A stretch of 64,000 nucleotides of DNA from Candidatus Roizmanbacteria bacterium (GCA_024654535.1 JANLHL010000016.1:32626-96625); one strand, 5' to 3'. Counted from the first letter of the stretch, positions 54,371-64,000 are shown. Notes: a model not told the origin generated them from the sequence alone. Program-made: numbers and translations.

Positions 54371-55048
54371 TTAATTGTCTGCCAAGGCTTTTTTAGCAGC
54401 TTCTTGCTGCGCACTTTTTTTACTTTTTCCTTGTCCTTTTGAAATAAGCTTAGATCCAAGATACAGTCCTACGGTAAAATTCTTTTTTATTTCATCATAA
54501 GCAAGCAAATCATATCGTGGAGTTCTTTTATAATGTGCCTGGGCAAATTCCTGAAATGTTGTTTTAGGATCAACATATAGTTTATTTTTCATTATGCTAT
54601 CTAATTCGCTTGCCACGTGTAAAAGAAAAAAGTTTTTTGCGTATTCATATCCGCTATTTAGGTAGACGGCGGCTATGATTGCCTCTAGTACGTCTGCAAG
54701 AATTTTTTCGTTCTCATAACCTTCATTACTCATTTCTCCTTTGCTCAAATGAATATATTTGCCAATTCCTAATCTTCTCGATATTTTGGCGAGCGTTTCA
54801 GTTCGAACGAGTGCTGCTCTAATATCGGTAAGCAATCCCTCATCTATTTCTGTAAATGTCAAAAAAATGTATTCTGAAGCAAGTAAAGACAATACTGAAT
54901 CTCCCAGAAACTCAAGTCGTTGGTAAGACAAGTTAGTTTCAGGTGTTTCGTTTACAAATGACGGATGTGTGAGCGCCTGATTTAAAAGCCCCTCAGGGAC
55001 TTTATCTATGTGAAGTTTTACTTTAAGCTCTACGAGGTTGTTGTTCAT
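54371..55048 (-). CDS. rnc: Ribonuclease III
   Basis: Signature ERLEFLGDSVL, C-terminal dsRBD (GKSKKSAQQEAAKKAL); ATG 55048 preferred to 55075. Confidence 0.9.
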   Translation of the reverse strand: MNNNLVELKVKLHIDKVPEGLLNQALTHPSFVNETPETNLSYQRLEFLGDSVLSLLASEYIFLTFTEIDEGLLTDIRAALVRTETLAKISRRLGIGKYIHLSKGEMSNEGYENEKILADVLEAIIAAVYLNSGYEYAKNFFLLHVASELDSIMKNKLYVDPKTTFQEFAQAHYKRTPRYDLLAYDEIKKNFTVGLYLGSKLISKGQGKSKKSAQQEAAKKALADN

Positions 55049-55415
55049 TTTCTTGTGCTTTTGCAAGAATACCATTTATAAGTTTAGGTGACTTTTCACT
55101 TCCAAATTCTTTTGCCAATTCAACGCACTCATCAATACTTACTTTATAGGGAACACTTATTTTAGAAAAAAAAAGTTCATAAATACCTAGTTGTAGTAGG
55201 CTATAATCAATTTTTGACATTTTAGCATGGCTGAATGTCAAAGCGTATGAATCGATAATGGTATCAATTTTTTCAACGAAAGAATTAATGTCCTCAAGTA
55301 CTTTTTTTTGATCGGGTTTCAGACGTGGCATTCTCGTTCCTTCAAACTTACACGAATAGAGTGCTTCAAGAATTCTTTGCCTATTAATATGGCGAGGATC
55401 ACTAGATTTTTTCAT
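55023..55415 (-). CDS. nusB: Transcription antitermination factor NusB
   Basis: 130 aa all-helical; R..AR..ALQ-like N-terminus (RHINRQRILEALY); size and context. Confidence 0.7.
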   Translation of the reverse strand: MKKSSDPRHINRQRILEALYSCKFEGTRMPRLKPDQKKVLEDINSFVEKIDTIIDSYALTFSHAKMSKIDYSLLQLGIYELFFSKISVPYKVSIDECVELAKEFGSEKSPKLINGILAKAQENEQQPRRA

Positions 55416-55419
55416 GACG

Positions 55420-55569
55420 TTACTTCTTGCAATGCGGGCAACGATAGTGAGGTCTTTTCATTTTTTTACAGTTTGCACAAACAACCATACCAGGTATCGA
55501 TAGTTTTCGCTCAGCAAAACGTTTTCCTTTTCTTTGAGTAGATCCTTTTTTCTTAGGTAGTGCTGCCAT
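55420..55569 (-). CDS. rpmF: 50S ribosomal protein L32 (missed by the ORF track, 49 aa)
   Basis: Manual translation MAALPKKKGSTQRKGKRFAERKLSIPGMVVCANCKKMKRPHYRCPHCKK*; L32 N-terminus plus CxxC...CxxC ribbon. Confidence 0.8.
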   Translation of the reverse strand: MAALPKKKGSTQRKGKRFAERKLSIPGMVVCANCKKMKRPHYRCPHCKK

Positions 55570-55570
55570 A

Positions 55571-57619
55571 TTAGTTTAAATATTGTATATCCTCCGATTC
55601 GGTTTCGATTGGAGCTATAAGTGAATTATAGGTAAACGTTGGGTTGTTTGCAAGCACTTTCTCAACATCCGCTCTAATATCCTCCAGAAGTTGAATATTA
55701 AGTACATTTTTTGCATAGTGAAGTATGTATCCTTTCTGTTGAAGTCCAATCAAATTTCCTGGCCCTCTCAATTCTAAATCTTTTTGCGCAAGGTAAAAAC
55801 CATCTGAACTTTTTTCCATCAGTTTTATTCTATCCATCGAAGACACATCATTTTCGTCGGTAAATAAGAAACAATACCCTTTTTTTTCAGCTCTACCCAC
55901 TCTTCCACGCAACTGATGTAATTGGGCAAGACCAAACTGTTGTGCAGACTCAATCATCATAATTGTTGCATTAGGTATATCAATGCCGACCTCTATAACG
56001 GTAGTTGAAACCAAAATATCAATAGCATGTTCTTTAAATGCATGCAATATTCGTTCTTTGTGCTTTAGTCTCCCATGCAGATAGTCAACTATTAAATCCG
56101 GAAACCTTCTTTTAAGGCTTTCAAATACATTTTCTACTGACATGGTTGGATTATCGCTTTGTTCTATAAGTGGACAGACGACAAATACCTGCTCTTTATT
56201 GTTTCTTATCCTGTCATATATCCATACATATGCTTTCTCTTTATTTACTTGCTCGACAAACTTTGTTACTACGGATGCCTTTATTTTGGGCATCGTATGT
56301 ATATATGAGCAATCAACAGAACCGTACAGTGTTAGCGCAAGCGTTCTAGGAATAGGTGTTGCGGATAACGAAATCATATGTGGTATATATTTTGAGTCTT
56401 TAGTACGCTCGAGGAGTAATTCTCTTTGCTTGGTACCAAATTTATGTTGCTCATCGACAATAACGAGCGCAACATTTTTATAGTCAAGTTTTGTATGGAA
56501 GAAAGCGTGAGTAGCTATCAAAATCTGAGCAGATTGTTGTACACCCTCAGTTACGGCACTATTTATGCTTGTTTTTTGCTCGGCTGACGTCATGAGTCCA
56601 ATTTCTATGTTTTGTGCTGCAAAAATTTTTGTAAGAGTTTCAAAATGCTGTTTAGCTAGTACAGACGTCGGTACTAGGAATATTGTTTTGAAGCCCTGCT
56701 TAGCAGCAGCGTATGCGCTACAGGCAGCAACGACAGTTTTACCACAGCCTACATCGCCAATGACTAATCTATTCATAGGATTCGTTTTCATCATATCGGC
56801 TGATAGTTCATCTATAACGTAAGACTGGTCTTTTGTAAGAACAAATGGAAGTGTTTTTTCAAATATATCCCTATACTTTTCTATAGAAATAGTACGGGAT
56901 AAGCTATTTTTGCGTTTCTTACTTATGCGTACATTTGTGAGTAACAACTGAAAAAGTTCTTCATATACTAATCTATATCTACTTAAAGCGAGCGTTTGTT
57001 TTGAGTTTGGATGATGTAACGTTTTGATTGTTTCCAAAAGTGTAGGAAGGCGATTTTTTTTGACAATCAATTGAGGAAGTGTCTCTGTAAACATTGTCTT
57101 AGGCACAAGTTTCAGTGTTTTTTGAATAAGTGTTCGAATATACCGGACGCTCATTTTATCAATAGTGCTGTAGTATGGAACGAGTGTTGAAGTATGAATT
57201 GCATCTGAATCTTGAGCTTGAGCATACTCAGCAACCTTAAATACAAGAGAGCCACTAAATTTGTCCACAGTACCACTGAAATAGTAATCCGAACCCCTCA
57301 ATAAGGTGGAACAAATATATGGCTGATTAAAAAATAATGCCGTAATAGACTTTGTGTTGTCTTGAATGAGGACGCGCTGCATAGTTAGATTTCTTTTTTT
57401 TGTCCGCATGGAAATACATGATTGCACTATGCCGCGTATTGATACGTCATCTCCAGGTTGAAGAGATTGGATCGTACTTACTTGAGAAAAATCTTTATAT
57501 CGTATAGGAAAGAACATCAATAAGTTGCTAACAGTTTCGATGTTTTTTGTTGCTAATTTAATAGCTGTAGACGGACCTATCCCGGGCAATTCCAAGAGGT
57601 TTGACTGTAAATCAAGCAT
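55571..57619 (-). CDS. recG: ATP-dependent DNA helicase RecG
   Basis: 682 aa; wedge/OB N-domain, SF2 motifs GDVGCGKT, DEQH, SATPIPRT, QLRGRVGR. Confidence 0.9.
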   Translation of the reverse strand: MLDLQSNLLELPGIGPSTAIKLATKNIETVSNLLMFFPIRYKDFSQVSTIQSLQPGDDVSIRGIVQSCISMRTKKRNLTMQRVLIQDNTKSITALFFNQPYICSTLLRGSDYYFSGTVDKFSGSLVFKVAEYAQAQDSDAIHTSTLVPYYSTIDKMSVRYIRTLIQKTLKLVPKTMFTETLPQLIVKKNRLPTLLETIKTLHHPNSKQTLALSRYRLVYEELFQLLLTNVRISKKRKNSLSRTISIEKYRDIFEKTLPFVLTKDQSYVIDELSADMMKTNPMNRLVIGDVGCGKTVVAACSAYAAAKQGFKTIFLVPTSVLAKQHFETLTKIFAAQNIEIGLMTSAEQKTSINSAVTEGVQQSAQILIATHAFFHTKLDYKNVALVIVDEQHKFGTKQRELLLERTKDSKYIPHMISLSATPIPRTLALTLYGSVDCSYIHTMPKIKASVVTKFVEQVNKEKAYVWIYDRIRNNKEQVFVVCPLIEQSDNPTMSVENVFESLKRRFPDLIVDYLHGRLKHKERILHAFKEHAIDILVSTTVIEVGIDIPNATIMMIESAQQFGLAQLHQLRGRVGRAEKKGYCFLFTDENDVSSMDRIKLMEKSSDGFYLAQKDLELRGPGNLIGLQQKGYILHYAKNVLNIQLLEDIRADVEKVLANNPTFTYNSLIAPIETESEDIQYLN

Positions 57620-57753
57620 TTTTTAATACAGAAAATAGGGGACAATTGATGAAAGAAGTAAGATCAAAAAAAGAATGATAATGACTATTTTTGACAATCT
57701 CTTACGTATAAATTTCATTCCAATAGTGTATTATATGAGTATGCTTTTAGCAA

Positions 57754-60324
57754 ATGAGAGATTATGCACGTTCAATAAAAAATACTAGAAGAAGAAAGTC
57801 TATTAATATTGGAGTAATAGTTCGTTCTATTTTCTTAAAGCTAGGAGTTAAGGGAACTGTGCTTTTTATTACTGTGTTTGTTTTTTTTATCATTGGTTTT
57901 ATTTTTTGGATTACAAAAGATCTTCCGACACCAGACTCTATAATTAAAAATACAAAATACAGTACCACTTTGCTCGATAGAAACGATAAGGTGATTTACC
58001 AAGTGTATACCGATAAAAATATAGTCCCAGTTACATATTCTGATATTCCAAAGACACTCATACAAGCAACGATAGCAACAGAGGACAAAGAATTTTATAC
58101 GCATAAAGGATTTTCTCTGTGGGGAATTTTTCGTGCAGCAGTTCGAGATATTATTTTTCATAAAAGAGAAGGAGGATCTACCATAACTCAACAATTAGTG
58201 AAGAATACTCTACTTACTCCTGAAAAGAGCATTCCTCGTAAAATGAAAGAATTTATACTTGCAGTTGAGTTAGAGCGTCGGTATACAAAAGACCAGATAC
58301 TTGAAATGTATTTCAACCAAACACCCTATGGAGGAACGACCTACGGCGTGGGTTCGGCAGCAAAGTACTACTTTGATAAAACTCCACAAAAACTGACGAC
58401 GGTCGAAAGTGCTATATTGGCTGGATTACCGCAGAGCCCTTCGGTCTACTCGCCGTACTCAGGAGTAAAAGATGCCTATATTTCACGCACAAAAGAAGTA
58501 CTGCGTCGAATGAGAGAGGATGGATATATAACCAAAACACAAGAAGTTGATTTAGGAAATTCTATTAAGAAGGTTAAATTTTTTGGAAATTCAGAGGATA
58601 ATATACAGGCAACCCATTTTGTTTTTTATGTTAAAGATGAGCTCGATAAAATGTTAAGTGACAACGCATTGTACCAGCGAGGATTAGTAATCAGAACAAC
58701 GCTCGATCTCGACTTACAAAAGGAAGTAGAAGAAATTGTTAAAGAAGAAATAAAAAACGCTAAAAGCCTTGACATATCAAATGGAGCGGTCGTTGTTATG
58801 AAAGCTAGTACTGGTGAGATACTGGCGATGGTTGGATCATACGACTATAACGACAAGCAGTTTGGTAAATTCAATGCTACTCTAGGACTGCGCCAACCAG
58901 GATCAACGTTGAAACCATTTACTTATGCGCTTGCATTTGAAAATAACTACTCACCTGCAAGTACGATAATGGACGTCAAGACTACCTTTCAGTCGGGTCA
59001 AAACACCGACGAAAAACCATACGAGCCAGTCAATTACGACGGGAAGTATAATGGTCCAGTCCAAATGCGTTTTGCATTAGGGAGCTCTTTAAACATTCCG
59101 GCGGTAAAGACGCTCGCATCGGTAGGAATAGAGAATTTACTTCAAAAATTATACGATGCTGGCCTTAAAACTCTCGAACCAACGAACGAAAACATGAAAC
59201 GTTTTGGGCTTTCCCTGACACTGGGTGGCGGTGAAGTTACGTTACTTGATCTTACGAGCGCTTATACTACGTTTGCCAATGGAGGATTTGCTACAAGTCC
59301 GAGTGGATTAGTAGATGTTCAAACATATGGAAATAAGAAGCTTTTTACACAGCCAAAAACAGTTAAGAAACAGGTATTCTCCAAAGAAGTGTCATTCCTC
59401 ATTTCTCACATACTTTCAGATAACATTGCTCGAAATATAACTTTTGGCCCGAATAACTACCTTGTTATTCCTGGTAAGACAGTCGCTGCCAAAACAGGGA
59501 CTACCGATGACAAAAGAGATAACTGGACCATTGGCTATACAAAAGATATAGTTGTAGGCGTATGGGTAGGGAACAACGACAACACAAAAATGAATCCGAA
59601 CCTTACTTCTGGTGTTAGTGGAGCTGCGCCAATATGGCGACGAGTGTTTATATACGCATTATCACACGGTTATAAAGATGGAATTATCGATAAACCTTCA
59701 ACGGTTGATGCACTAACTATTGATTCACAGTTTGGGGGTTTGCCATATAAAGATTTTCCTACAAGATCAGAGTATTTTATAAAAGGGACTGAGCCAAGTG
59801 ACACATCACCAAGTTACAAGTTACTAAAGATTTCCAAATCAACTGGAAAATTGGCGAATGATTACGAGGTTAGTCATAATGATTTCGATGAAAAATTGTT
59901 TTTTGTTGTCAATGAAACCGATCCACTATCTCTCGATGGCACTAATCGCTGGCAAGAAGGTATAGATTCTTGGGCACGAGAGCAGTCTGATGATCGTTGG
60001 AAGCCGCCAACAGAGATATCAGACAGTAATAAGGACGCTATATCGATCTCAGTATCTGGTATTTCTGATAAGGAAAATATTGAAAACACTCCTTTTGATA
60101 TTACGGCAAATGTGTCGTCGAGTAGAAATATAGAATATTTCCGTTTTTTGATTAACAACGTTCTAGAAAAAGAAACGAAAGATAAAAAAATACAAGTTTC
60201 TATTTCGAAAGATCCTGGGATTTATACATTTACATTTATTGCGAAAAATGAGGCAGGAAATGAATCAAAGCAAGAGTTTACCGTTGGAATAAAAACCGAT
60301 CCTAACCAAACACCGACTCCATAA
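57754..60324 (+). CDS. ponA: Class A penicillin-binding protein (glycosyltransferase GT51 plus transpeptidase) with a C-terminal Ig-like extension
   Basis: GT51 motifs ATEDKEFYTHKG, GGSTITQQL, RKMKE; TPase STLKP, SLN, KTGTT. Confidence 0.9.
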   Translation: MRDYARSIKNTRRRKSINIGVIVRSIFLKLGVKGTVLFITVFVFFIIGFIFWITKDLPTPDSIIKNTKYSTTLLDRNDKVIYQVYTDKNIVPVTYSDIPKTLIQATIATEDKEFYTHKGFSLWGIFRAAVRDIIFHKREGGSTITQQLVKNTLLTPEKSIPRKMKEFILAVELERRYTKDQILEMYFNQTPYGGTTYGVGSAAKYYFDKTPQKLTTVESAILAGLPQSPSVYSPYSGVKDAYISRTKEVLRRMREDGYITKTQEVDLGNSIKKVKFFGNSEDNIQATHFVFYVKDELDKMLSDNALYQRGLVIRTTLDLDLQKEVEEIVKEEIKNAKSLDISNGAVVVMKASTGEILAMVGSYDYNDKQFGKFNATLGLRQPGSTLKPFTYALAFENNYSPASTIMDVKTTFQSGQNTDEKPYEPVNYDGKYNGPVQMRFALGSSLNIPAVKTLASVGIENLLQKLYDAGLKTLEPTNENMKRFGLSLTLGGGEVTLLDLTSAYTTFANGGFATSPSGLVDVQTYGNKKLFTQPKTVKKQVFSKEVSFLISHILSDNIARNITFGPNNYLVIPGKTVAAKTGTTDDKRDNWTIGYTKDIVVGVWVGNNDNTKMNPNLTSGVSGAAPIWRRVFIYALSHGYKDGIIDKPSTVDALTIDSQFGGLPYKDFPTRSEYFIKGTEPSDTSPSYKLLKISKSTGKLANDYEVSHNDFDEKLFFVVNETDPLSLDGTNRWQEGIDSWAREQSDDRWKPPTEISDSNKDAISISVSGISDKENIENTPFDITANVSSSRNIEYFRFLINNVLEKETKDKKIQVSISKDPGIYTFTFIAKNEAGNESKQEFTVGIKTDPNQTPTP

Positions 60325-60339
60325 GTTTATTTTCCTGTA

Positions 60340-60368
60340 TTGTCTTATACTAGTTTGTAGACTATAAT
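60340..60368 (+). promoter_or_regulatory. Promoter TTGTCT-17 nt-TATAAT immediately upstream of secE
   Basis: -10 ends 6 nt before the secE ATG and there is no SD, suggesting a leaderless mRNA. Confidence 0.45.
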
Positions 60369-60374
60369 GTAAAA

Positions 60375-60575
60375 ATGGCAGATAAAGCTATTAATCCGAA
60401 TATATTTAAAGGTATCATAAGTGAGTTAAAGAAAGTTACTTGGCCTAGTCGTAAAGAGACCTTGCATCTTTCTCTCGTGGTTGTTATAATTTCAGTTCTA
60501 CTGGGCTTCTATATAGGTTTTTTTGATTATATTTTTGCAAAATTGGTCGCTTTTCTCATTAGTTTAAAGAAATAA
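60375..60575 (+). CDS. secE: Preprotein translocase subunit SecE
   Basis: 66 aa; ELKKVTWPSRKE motif plus a single TM; precedes nusG. Confidence 0.85.
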   Translation: MADKAINPNIFKGIISELKKVTWPSRKETLHLSLVVVIISVLLGFYIGFFDYIFAKLVAFLISLKK

Positions 60576-60577
60576 TT

Positions 60578-61171
60578 ATGAATCAGACAGATACTGCAGT
60601 AACAGTCGATGAGGTCCCTCAAGAGGTTGTTAATGCTCAAATACATCCAGACGCGAAATGGTATGTGGTACATACGCAAGCTGGATACGAACAACGTACA
60701 AAAAAAGCACTTGAAGAACGTGTGAAAACCTTAGGCTATGCTCATCAGATATTCGAGACCATAGTTCCTATGCGTAATGTTATTACTATTAAGCAAGGAA
60801 AAAAGAAACAAGTGAAGGAGAAGTTATTTCCAGGCTATCTTCTTGTTAGTATGATATTGAACGATGATAGTTGGCTCGTAGTGAGAACAACAGAAGGTGT
60901 TACTGGGTTTGTCGGTGCTGGGAATAAACCGACACCTATTTCTGAAAAGGAAGTTGCTGCAATACTTAAATTCACGACACAACAGACCCCTAAATTTAAG
61001 ACGAAGTTTTCAGTATCTGAAGCGGTTAAGATAGTTGATGGACCTTTTTCAGATTTTCTTGGTACGATTCAAAAAGTTGATGAGGAACAAGGAAAAGTCA
61101 AGGTGCTCATCTCTATTTTTGGTAGAGAAACACCCGTCGAATTAGATTTTTTACAGGTTGAAAAAATATAA
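60578..61171 (+). CDS. nusG: Transcription termination/antitermination factor NusG
   Basis: NGN domain (WYVVHTQAGYE) and KOW (VKIVDGPFSDFLGTI). Confidence 0.9.
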   Translation: MNQTDTAVTVDEVPQEVVNAQIHPDAKWYVVHTQAGYEQRTKKALEERVKTLGYAHQIFETIVPMRNVITIKQGKKKQVKEKLFPGYLLVSMILNDDSWLVVRTTEGVTGFVGAGNKPTPISEKEVAAILKFTTQQTPKFKTKFSVSEAVKIVDGPFSDFLGTIQKVDEEQGKVKVLISIFGRETPVELDFLQVEKI

Positions 61172-61594
61172 ATGGCAAAAGAAGTAAAAGCACTCATAAA
61201 ATTGAATCTACAAGCAGGTCAGGCGACAGCGGCTCCGCCAGCTGGACCAGCCTTAGGACAGCAAGGTGTACCAATTATGGACTTTATTAGGCAGTATAAC
61301 GAAAGAACAGCGCAAGATAAGGGTAAGATTATCCCAGTGGTTATTACTGTGTATGATGACCGCTCATTTACGTTTGTCACAAAGCTACCTCCTGCGTCAG
61401 CGCTTATAAAGGAAAAACTAGGCCTAAAAAAAGCAGCGACAAACCCAGGAAAAGAAGTAGTAGCGACAATGACTAAGCAGCAAGTGACTGAGATTGCAGA
61501 GTCAAAAATGAAGGACTTAAATGCTAGAACAGTGAAACAAGCAATACGAGTTATTGAAGGTACCGCCCGCAGTATGGGTATTCAAATTAAGTAA
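61172..61594 (+). CDS. rplK: 50S ribosomal protein L11
   Basis: [24 protein letters not shown] signature. Confidence 0.95.
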   Translation: MAKEVKALIKLNLQAGQATAAPPAGPALGQQGVPIMDFIRQYNERTAQDKGKIIPVVITVYDDRSFTFVTKLPPASALIKEKLGLKKAATNPGKEVVATMTKQQVTEIAESKMKDLNARTVKQAIRVIEGTARSMGIQIK

Positions 61595-61596
61595 AT

Positions 61597-62307
61597 ATGG
61601 GAAAGAAAAAACAAATAACTGTCGGTGTACAGGAAAAAAAGAAGGATGTCCAAGTGATGGATATGAGCGTGAGTACTAAAAAGCCAAACAAAATGATCAA
61701 AAAGGCGGTAAAAACAAGAGGGACTCTATATAAAAAGGCTAAATTAGAGACTATGAAGAAGAAGTTGTACAGTATTAAGGATGCTGTTACTCTCTTAAAA
61801 AAAGTCGCTCATGAAAAATTTCCTTCTCCTGTTGAGCTACATTTAAATGTTCAAGAAGTTGGATTAAGGGGAGAAGTTGCTTTGCCGCATGGAACTGGAA
61901 AGACTATAAATGTAGTAATATTTGACGACTCAGTAGAAAAAGACATTAAGGGAGGTACGATATCATTTGATATCCTTATTGCTCGTCCAGATGATATGAA
62001 GCGATTGGTTCCTTATGCACGACTTTTAGGACCAAAAGGATTAATGCCATCACCAAAAAAAGGCACAGTTAGTGAAACGCCAGAGAAGGCATTAAAAAAG
62101 TTCCAGAAGGGTGCGGTGCACTATAAGACAGAAGCTAAGGCCCCTATTGTGCATCAGGTTGTGGGTCTGGTCTCATTCAATGAGACACAACTCATAGAGA
62201 ATGTATCGACATTTATACGGGCAGTAGAGACTAAGAATATTCGCAAGGCATTTATATGCACAGCTATGAGTCCATCGCTAATACTTGATCTTTCAAGTAT
62301 TGTATGA
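61597..62307 (+). CDS. rplA: 50S ribosomal protein L1
   Basis: 236 aa; LPHGTGKT, LGPKGLMPSPKKGTV. Confidence 0.95.
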   Translation: MGKKKQITVGVQEKKKDVQVMDMSVSTKKPNKMIKKAVKTRGTLYKKAKLETMKKKLYSIKDAVTLLKKVAHEKFPSPVELHLNVQEVGLRGEVALPHGTGKTINVVIFDDSVEKDIKGGTISFDILIARPDDMKRLVPYARLLGPKGLMPSPKKGTVSETPEKALKKFQKGAVHYKTEAKAPIVHQVVGLVSFNETQLIENVSTFIRAVETKNIRKAFICTAMSPSLILDLSSIV

Positions 62308-63386
62308 AAATTTACCTGTCTGTTCAAGAAGCTGGAAAATCCATAAAGAATAGTATTATCCGAACAATTGGTAAAAGTAAAAATACTTTATTCGAGTATG
62401 CTCCTCAGGAAAAGAAAAGTAGTGAGAAACTTTTTGAAATCAATAAGAAATACATTGACGAATCCGACTGTGTTATTGCAGAAATCACCTCTGCGACTAT
62501 GGATAGTGGTGGAATCATTGTTTATGCACTAACCAGGAAAAAACCTGTACTTGCGTTGATTTTAGGTGAGGCAGAAAATAAATTGACTCCACTCTTACAC
62601 GGAAATCCATCCGAATGGTTATTCTTGGAACACTATTCACAGGAAAGTGTTCCGTATATATTGAGGAATTTCATTGATCACTGCACTAATCTAGCTACTA
62701 GAAGTGGTAAACTTGTGGTTATAGATGGTGGCGATGGTTCTGGTAAAGCAACTCAGTCTGCACTTCTTTCTGAATATTTTAATGCAAAAGGAATAAATCA
62801 TAGAATGTATGATTTTCCGCGCTATTATAATTCATTTCATGGTTCTATTGTTGGTAGGATGCTGAAGGGAGAATTTGGTCCATTTGATTCTATTTCACCC
62901 TATTTAGCTTCATTAGCGTATGCATTAGATAGAGCATCTGTCCGAGAGGAAATGTCCGACTATCTGCAAAAGGGCGGTATAATAATCTCAAATAGATATG
63001 CAACATCAAGTATGGCACATCAGAGTGCAAAATTTAAAAAAAAGAAAGATTCAATAGATTTCCTTGATTGGATATATGATCTTGAATATAAAAAGCATAA
63101 GATACCGAAAGAAGACATTGTTATCTATCTGTATGTACCGTGGAAATATGGTCTAGAATTAGATAAAAAAAAGGCAAAAAGAGGTTACTTGGGTAAAAAA
63201 AAGCTTGATTTAGCAGAGAAAAATATTGAACATAGGAAAGCCTCAGAGAAAATGTATCTCACTTTGTGTAGAAAACATAAGCATTGGGTGAAGATAGATT
63301 GTGTAGAGAATGATAGACTTCGTTCACGAGAAAGCATCCATGCAGAAATGCTGAGTGTACTTAAAAATAATGGTATTTTGATTTAA
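62304..63386 (+). CDS. tmk: Fusion: nucleoside 2-deoxyribosyltransferase-like N-domain plus thymidylate kinase-like domain
   Basis: C-terminal 230 aa: P-loop VVIDGGDGSGKATQ, DRY-like NRYATSSMAHQ; N-terminal 125 aa: IYLS...D.VIAEI...DSGG...YAL..KKPVLAL Rossmann-like NDT/TIR-type pattern; ATGA overlap with rplA. Confidence 0.65.
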   Translation: MKIYLSVQEAGKSIKNSIIRTIGKSKNTLFEYAPQEKKSSEKLFEINKKYIDESDCVIAEITSATMDSGGIIVYALTRKKPVLALILGEAENKLTPLLHGNPSEWLFLEHYSQESVPYILRNFIDHCTNLATRSGKLVVIDGGDGSGKATQSALLSEYFNAKGINHRMYDFPRYYNSFHGSIVGRMLKGEFGPFDSISPYLASLAYALDRASVREEMSDYLQKGGIIISNRYATSSMAHQSAKFKKKKDSIDFLDWIYDLEYKKHKIPKEDIVIYLYVPWKYGLELDKKKAKRGYLGKKKLDLAEKNIEHRKASEKMYLTLCRKHKHWVKIDCVENDRLRSRESIHAEMLSVLKNNGILI

Positions 63387-63440
63387 TAAATAAGCAGTAC
63401 AACGCTTGCATATTTTTTTTATTCATGGTATTGTCCAAGC

Positions 63441-64000
63441 ATGAAGTATCTTAAGAAAGTAGATTCTGCAGTATACGATATTATCCGCAAAGAAGATAAG
63501 CGTCTTTCAACGACACTTATGATGATTCCTTCCGAAAATTATGCATCACGTGCCGTCGAAGAGGCAGTTGGATCTAAATTTGGCGACAAATATGCCGAAG
63601 GATATCCACAGAAACGATATTATCAGGGACAGAGAAATGCAGATATGCTTGAATTGTTAGTGATAGACCGTGCGAAAGCGTTGTTCGGTGTTCCCCATGT
63701 TAATGTGCAACCGTACTCTGGCTCGCCAGCAAACCTTGCTGTATATAATGCACTGCTTCAACCTGGTGATACAATTTTAGGGTTATCGCTTGCATTTGGT
63801 GGGCATCTTACACACGGTGCATCCGCTTCGGCAACAAGTAAGTTTTTTCATTCTGTTCAGTACAGCCTAGATGATGCGGGTATGATAAATTTTAGTGAAA
63901 TAGAAAGTCTTGTTAAAAAGCATAAGCCGAAAATCATAGTGGCAGGAACGACAGCATATCCTCGATTTTTGGATTGGAAACGTTTTTCGCAAATCGCTGA
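63441..64000 (+). CDS. glyA: Serine hydroxymethyltransferase (5' part, runs off the window)
   Basis: Manual translation MKYLKKVDSAVYDIIRKEDKRLSTTLMMIPSENYASRAVEEAVGSKFGDKYAEGYPQKRYYQGQ; open to the window end. Confidence 0.9.
   Translation, partial: MKYLKKVDSAVYDIIRKEDKRLSTTLMMIPSENYASRAVEEAVGSKFGDKYAEGYPQKRYYQGQRNADMLELLVIDRAKALFGVPHVNVQPYSGSPANLAVYNALLQPGDTILGLSLAFGGHLTHGASASATSKFFHSVQYSLDDAGMINFSEIESLVKKHKPKIIVAGTTAYPRFLDWKRFSQIA

Noticed and set aside
1-64000. Alternative genetic code (UGA recoding as in some CPR lineages), and the presence of CRISPR arrays, rRNA, transposases or integrases.
   Set aside because: Many well-conserved genes end at TGA, often in ATGA overlaps with the next start, and full-length homologues are obtained with code 11. 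No repeat-spacer periodicity, rRNA-like sequence or recombinase motif was seen on either strand.

Overview
AT-rich, tightly packed bacterial chromosome segment read with the standard code (TGA is a stop). Frequent 4-nt ATGA overlaps, domain-minimised housekeeping proteins and a secretin-less type IV pilus locus suggest, by inference only, a CPR/Patescibacteria-like or other reduced monoderm-type bacterium.

Content in order:
- Partial dcw/mur cluster: ftsL-ftsI-murE-pgeF-murC-murB-murA.
- A glucosaminidase-like protein, then N-domain-less clpB coupled to murT.
- tRNA-Leu, an S41 protease plus PAP2 phosphatase, a PPIase-less trigger factor and tRNA-Val.
- thrS-infC-rpmI-rplT-pheS-pheT, then murD and tRNA-Arg.
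- A T-box leader controlling a GNAT/M20 pair, followed by FTR1 and a cupin.
- A small accessory patch at about 30.6-35.2 kb: a lipase-like hydrolase, two aminoglycoside-type nucleotidyltransferases, tRNA-His, tRNA-Arg and tRNA-Lys, and a GIY-YIG gene nested in a duplicated tRNA-His.
- An Nramp-like transporter and a GT-C-like membrane protein.
- A 16-kb type IV pilus locus: pilC-pilT-pilB, a major pilin, two GT-C glycosyltransferases, pilD, eight more pilins and pilMNO.
- rpsP-rnc-nusB-rpmF-recG, a class A PBP, secE-nusG-rplK-rplA, an NDT-like::tmk fusion and the 5' part of glyA.

No rRNA, CRISPR array, transposase or integrase was seen.

Most interesting observations:
1. A six-Thr-codon leader peptide with overlapping antiterminator and terminator hairpins in front of thrS.
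2. A canonical T-box antiterminator/terminator in front of an ArgA-like GNAT and an M20 deacylase.
3. A GIY-YIG ORF inserted into the tRNA-His transcription unit with a duplicated tRNA 5' half.
4. Extracytoplasmic glycosyltransferases embedded in the pilus locus.
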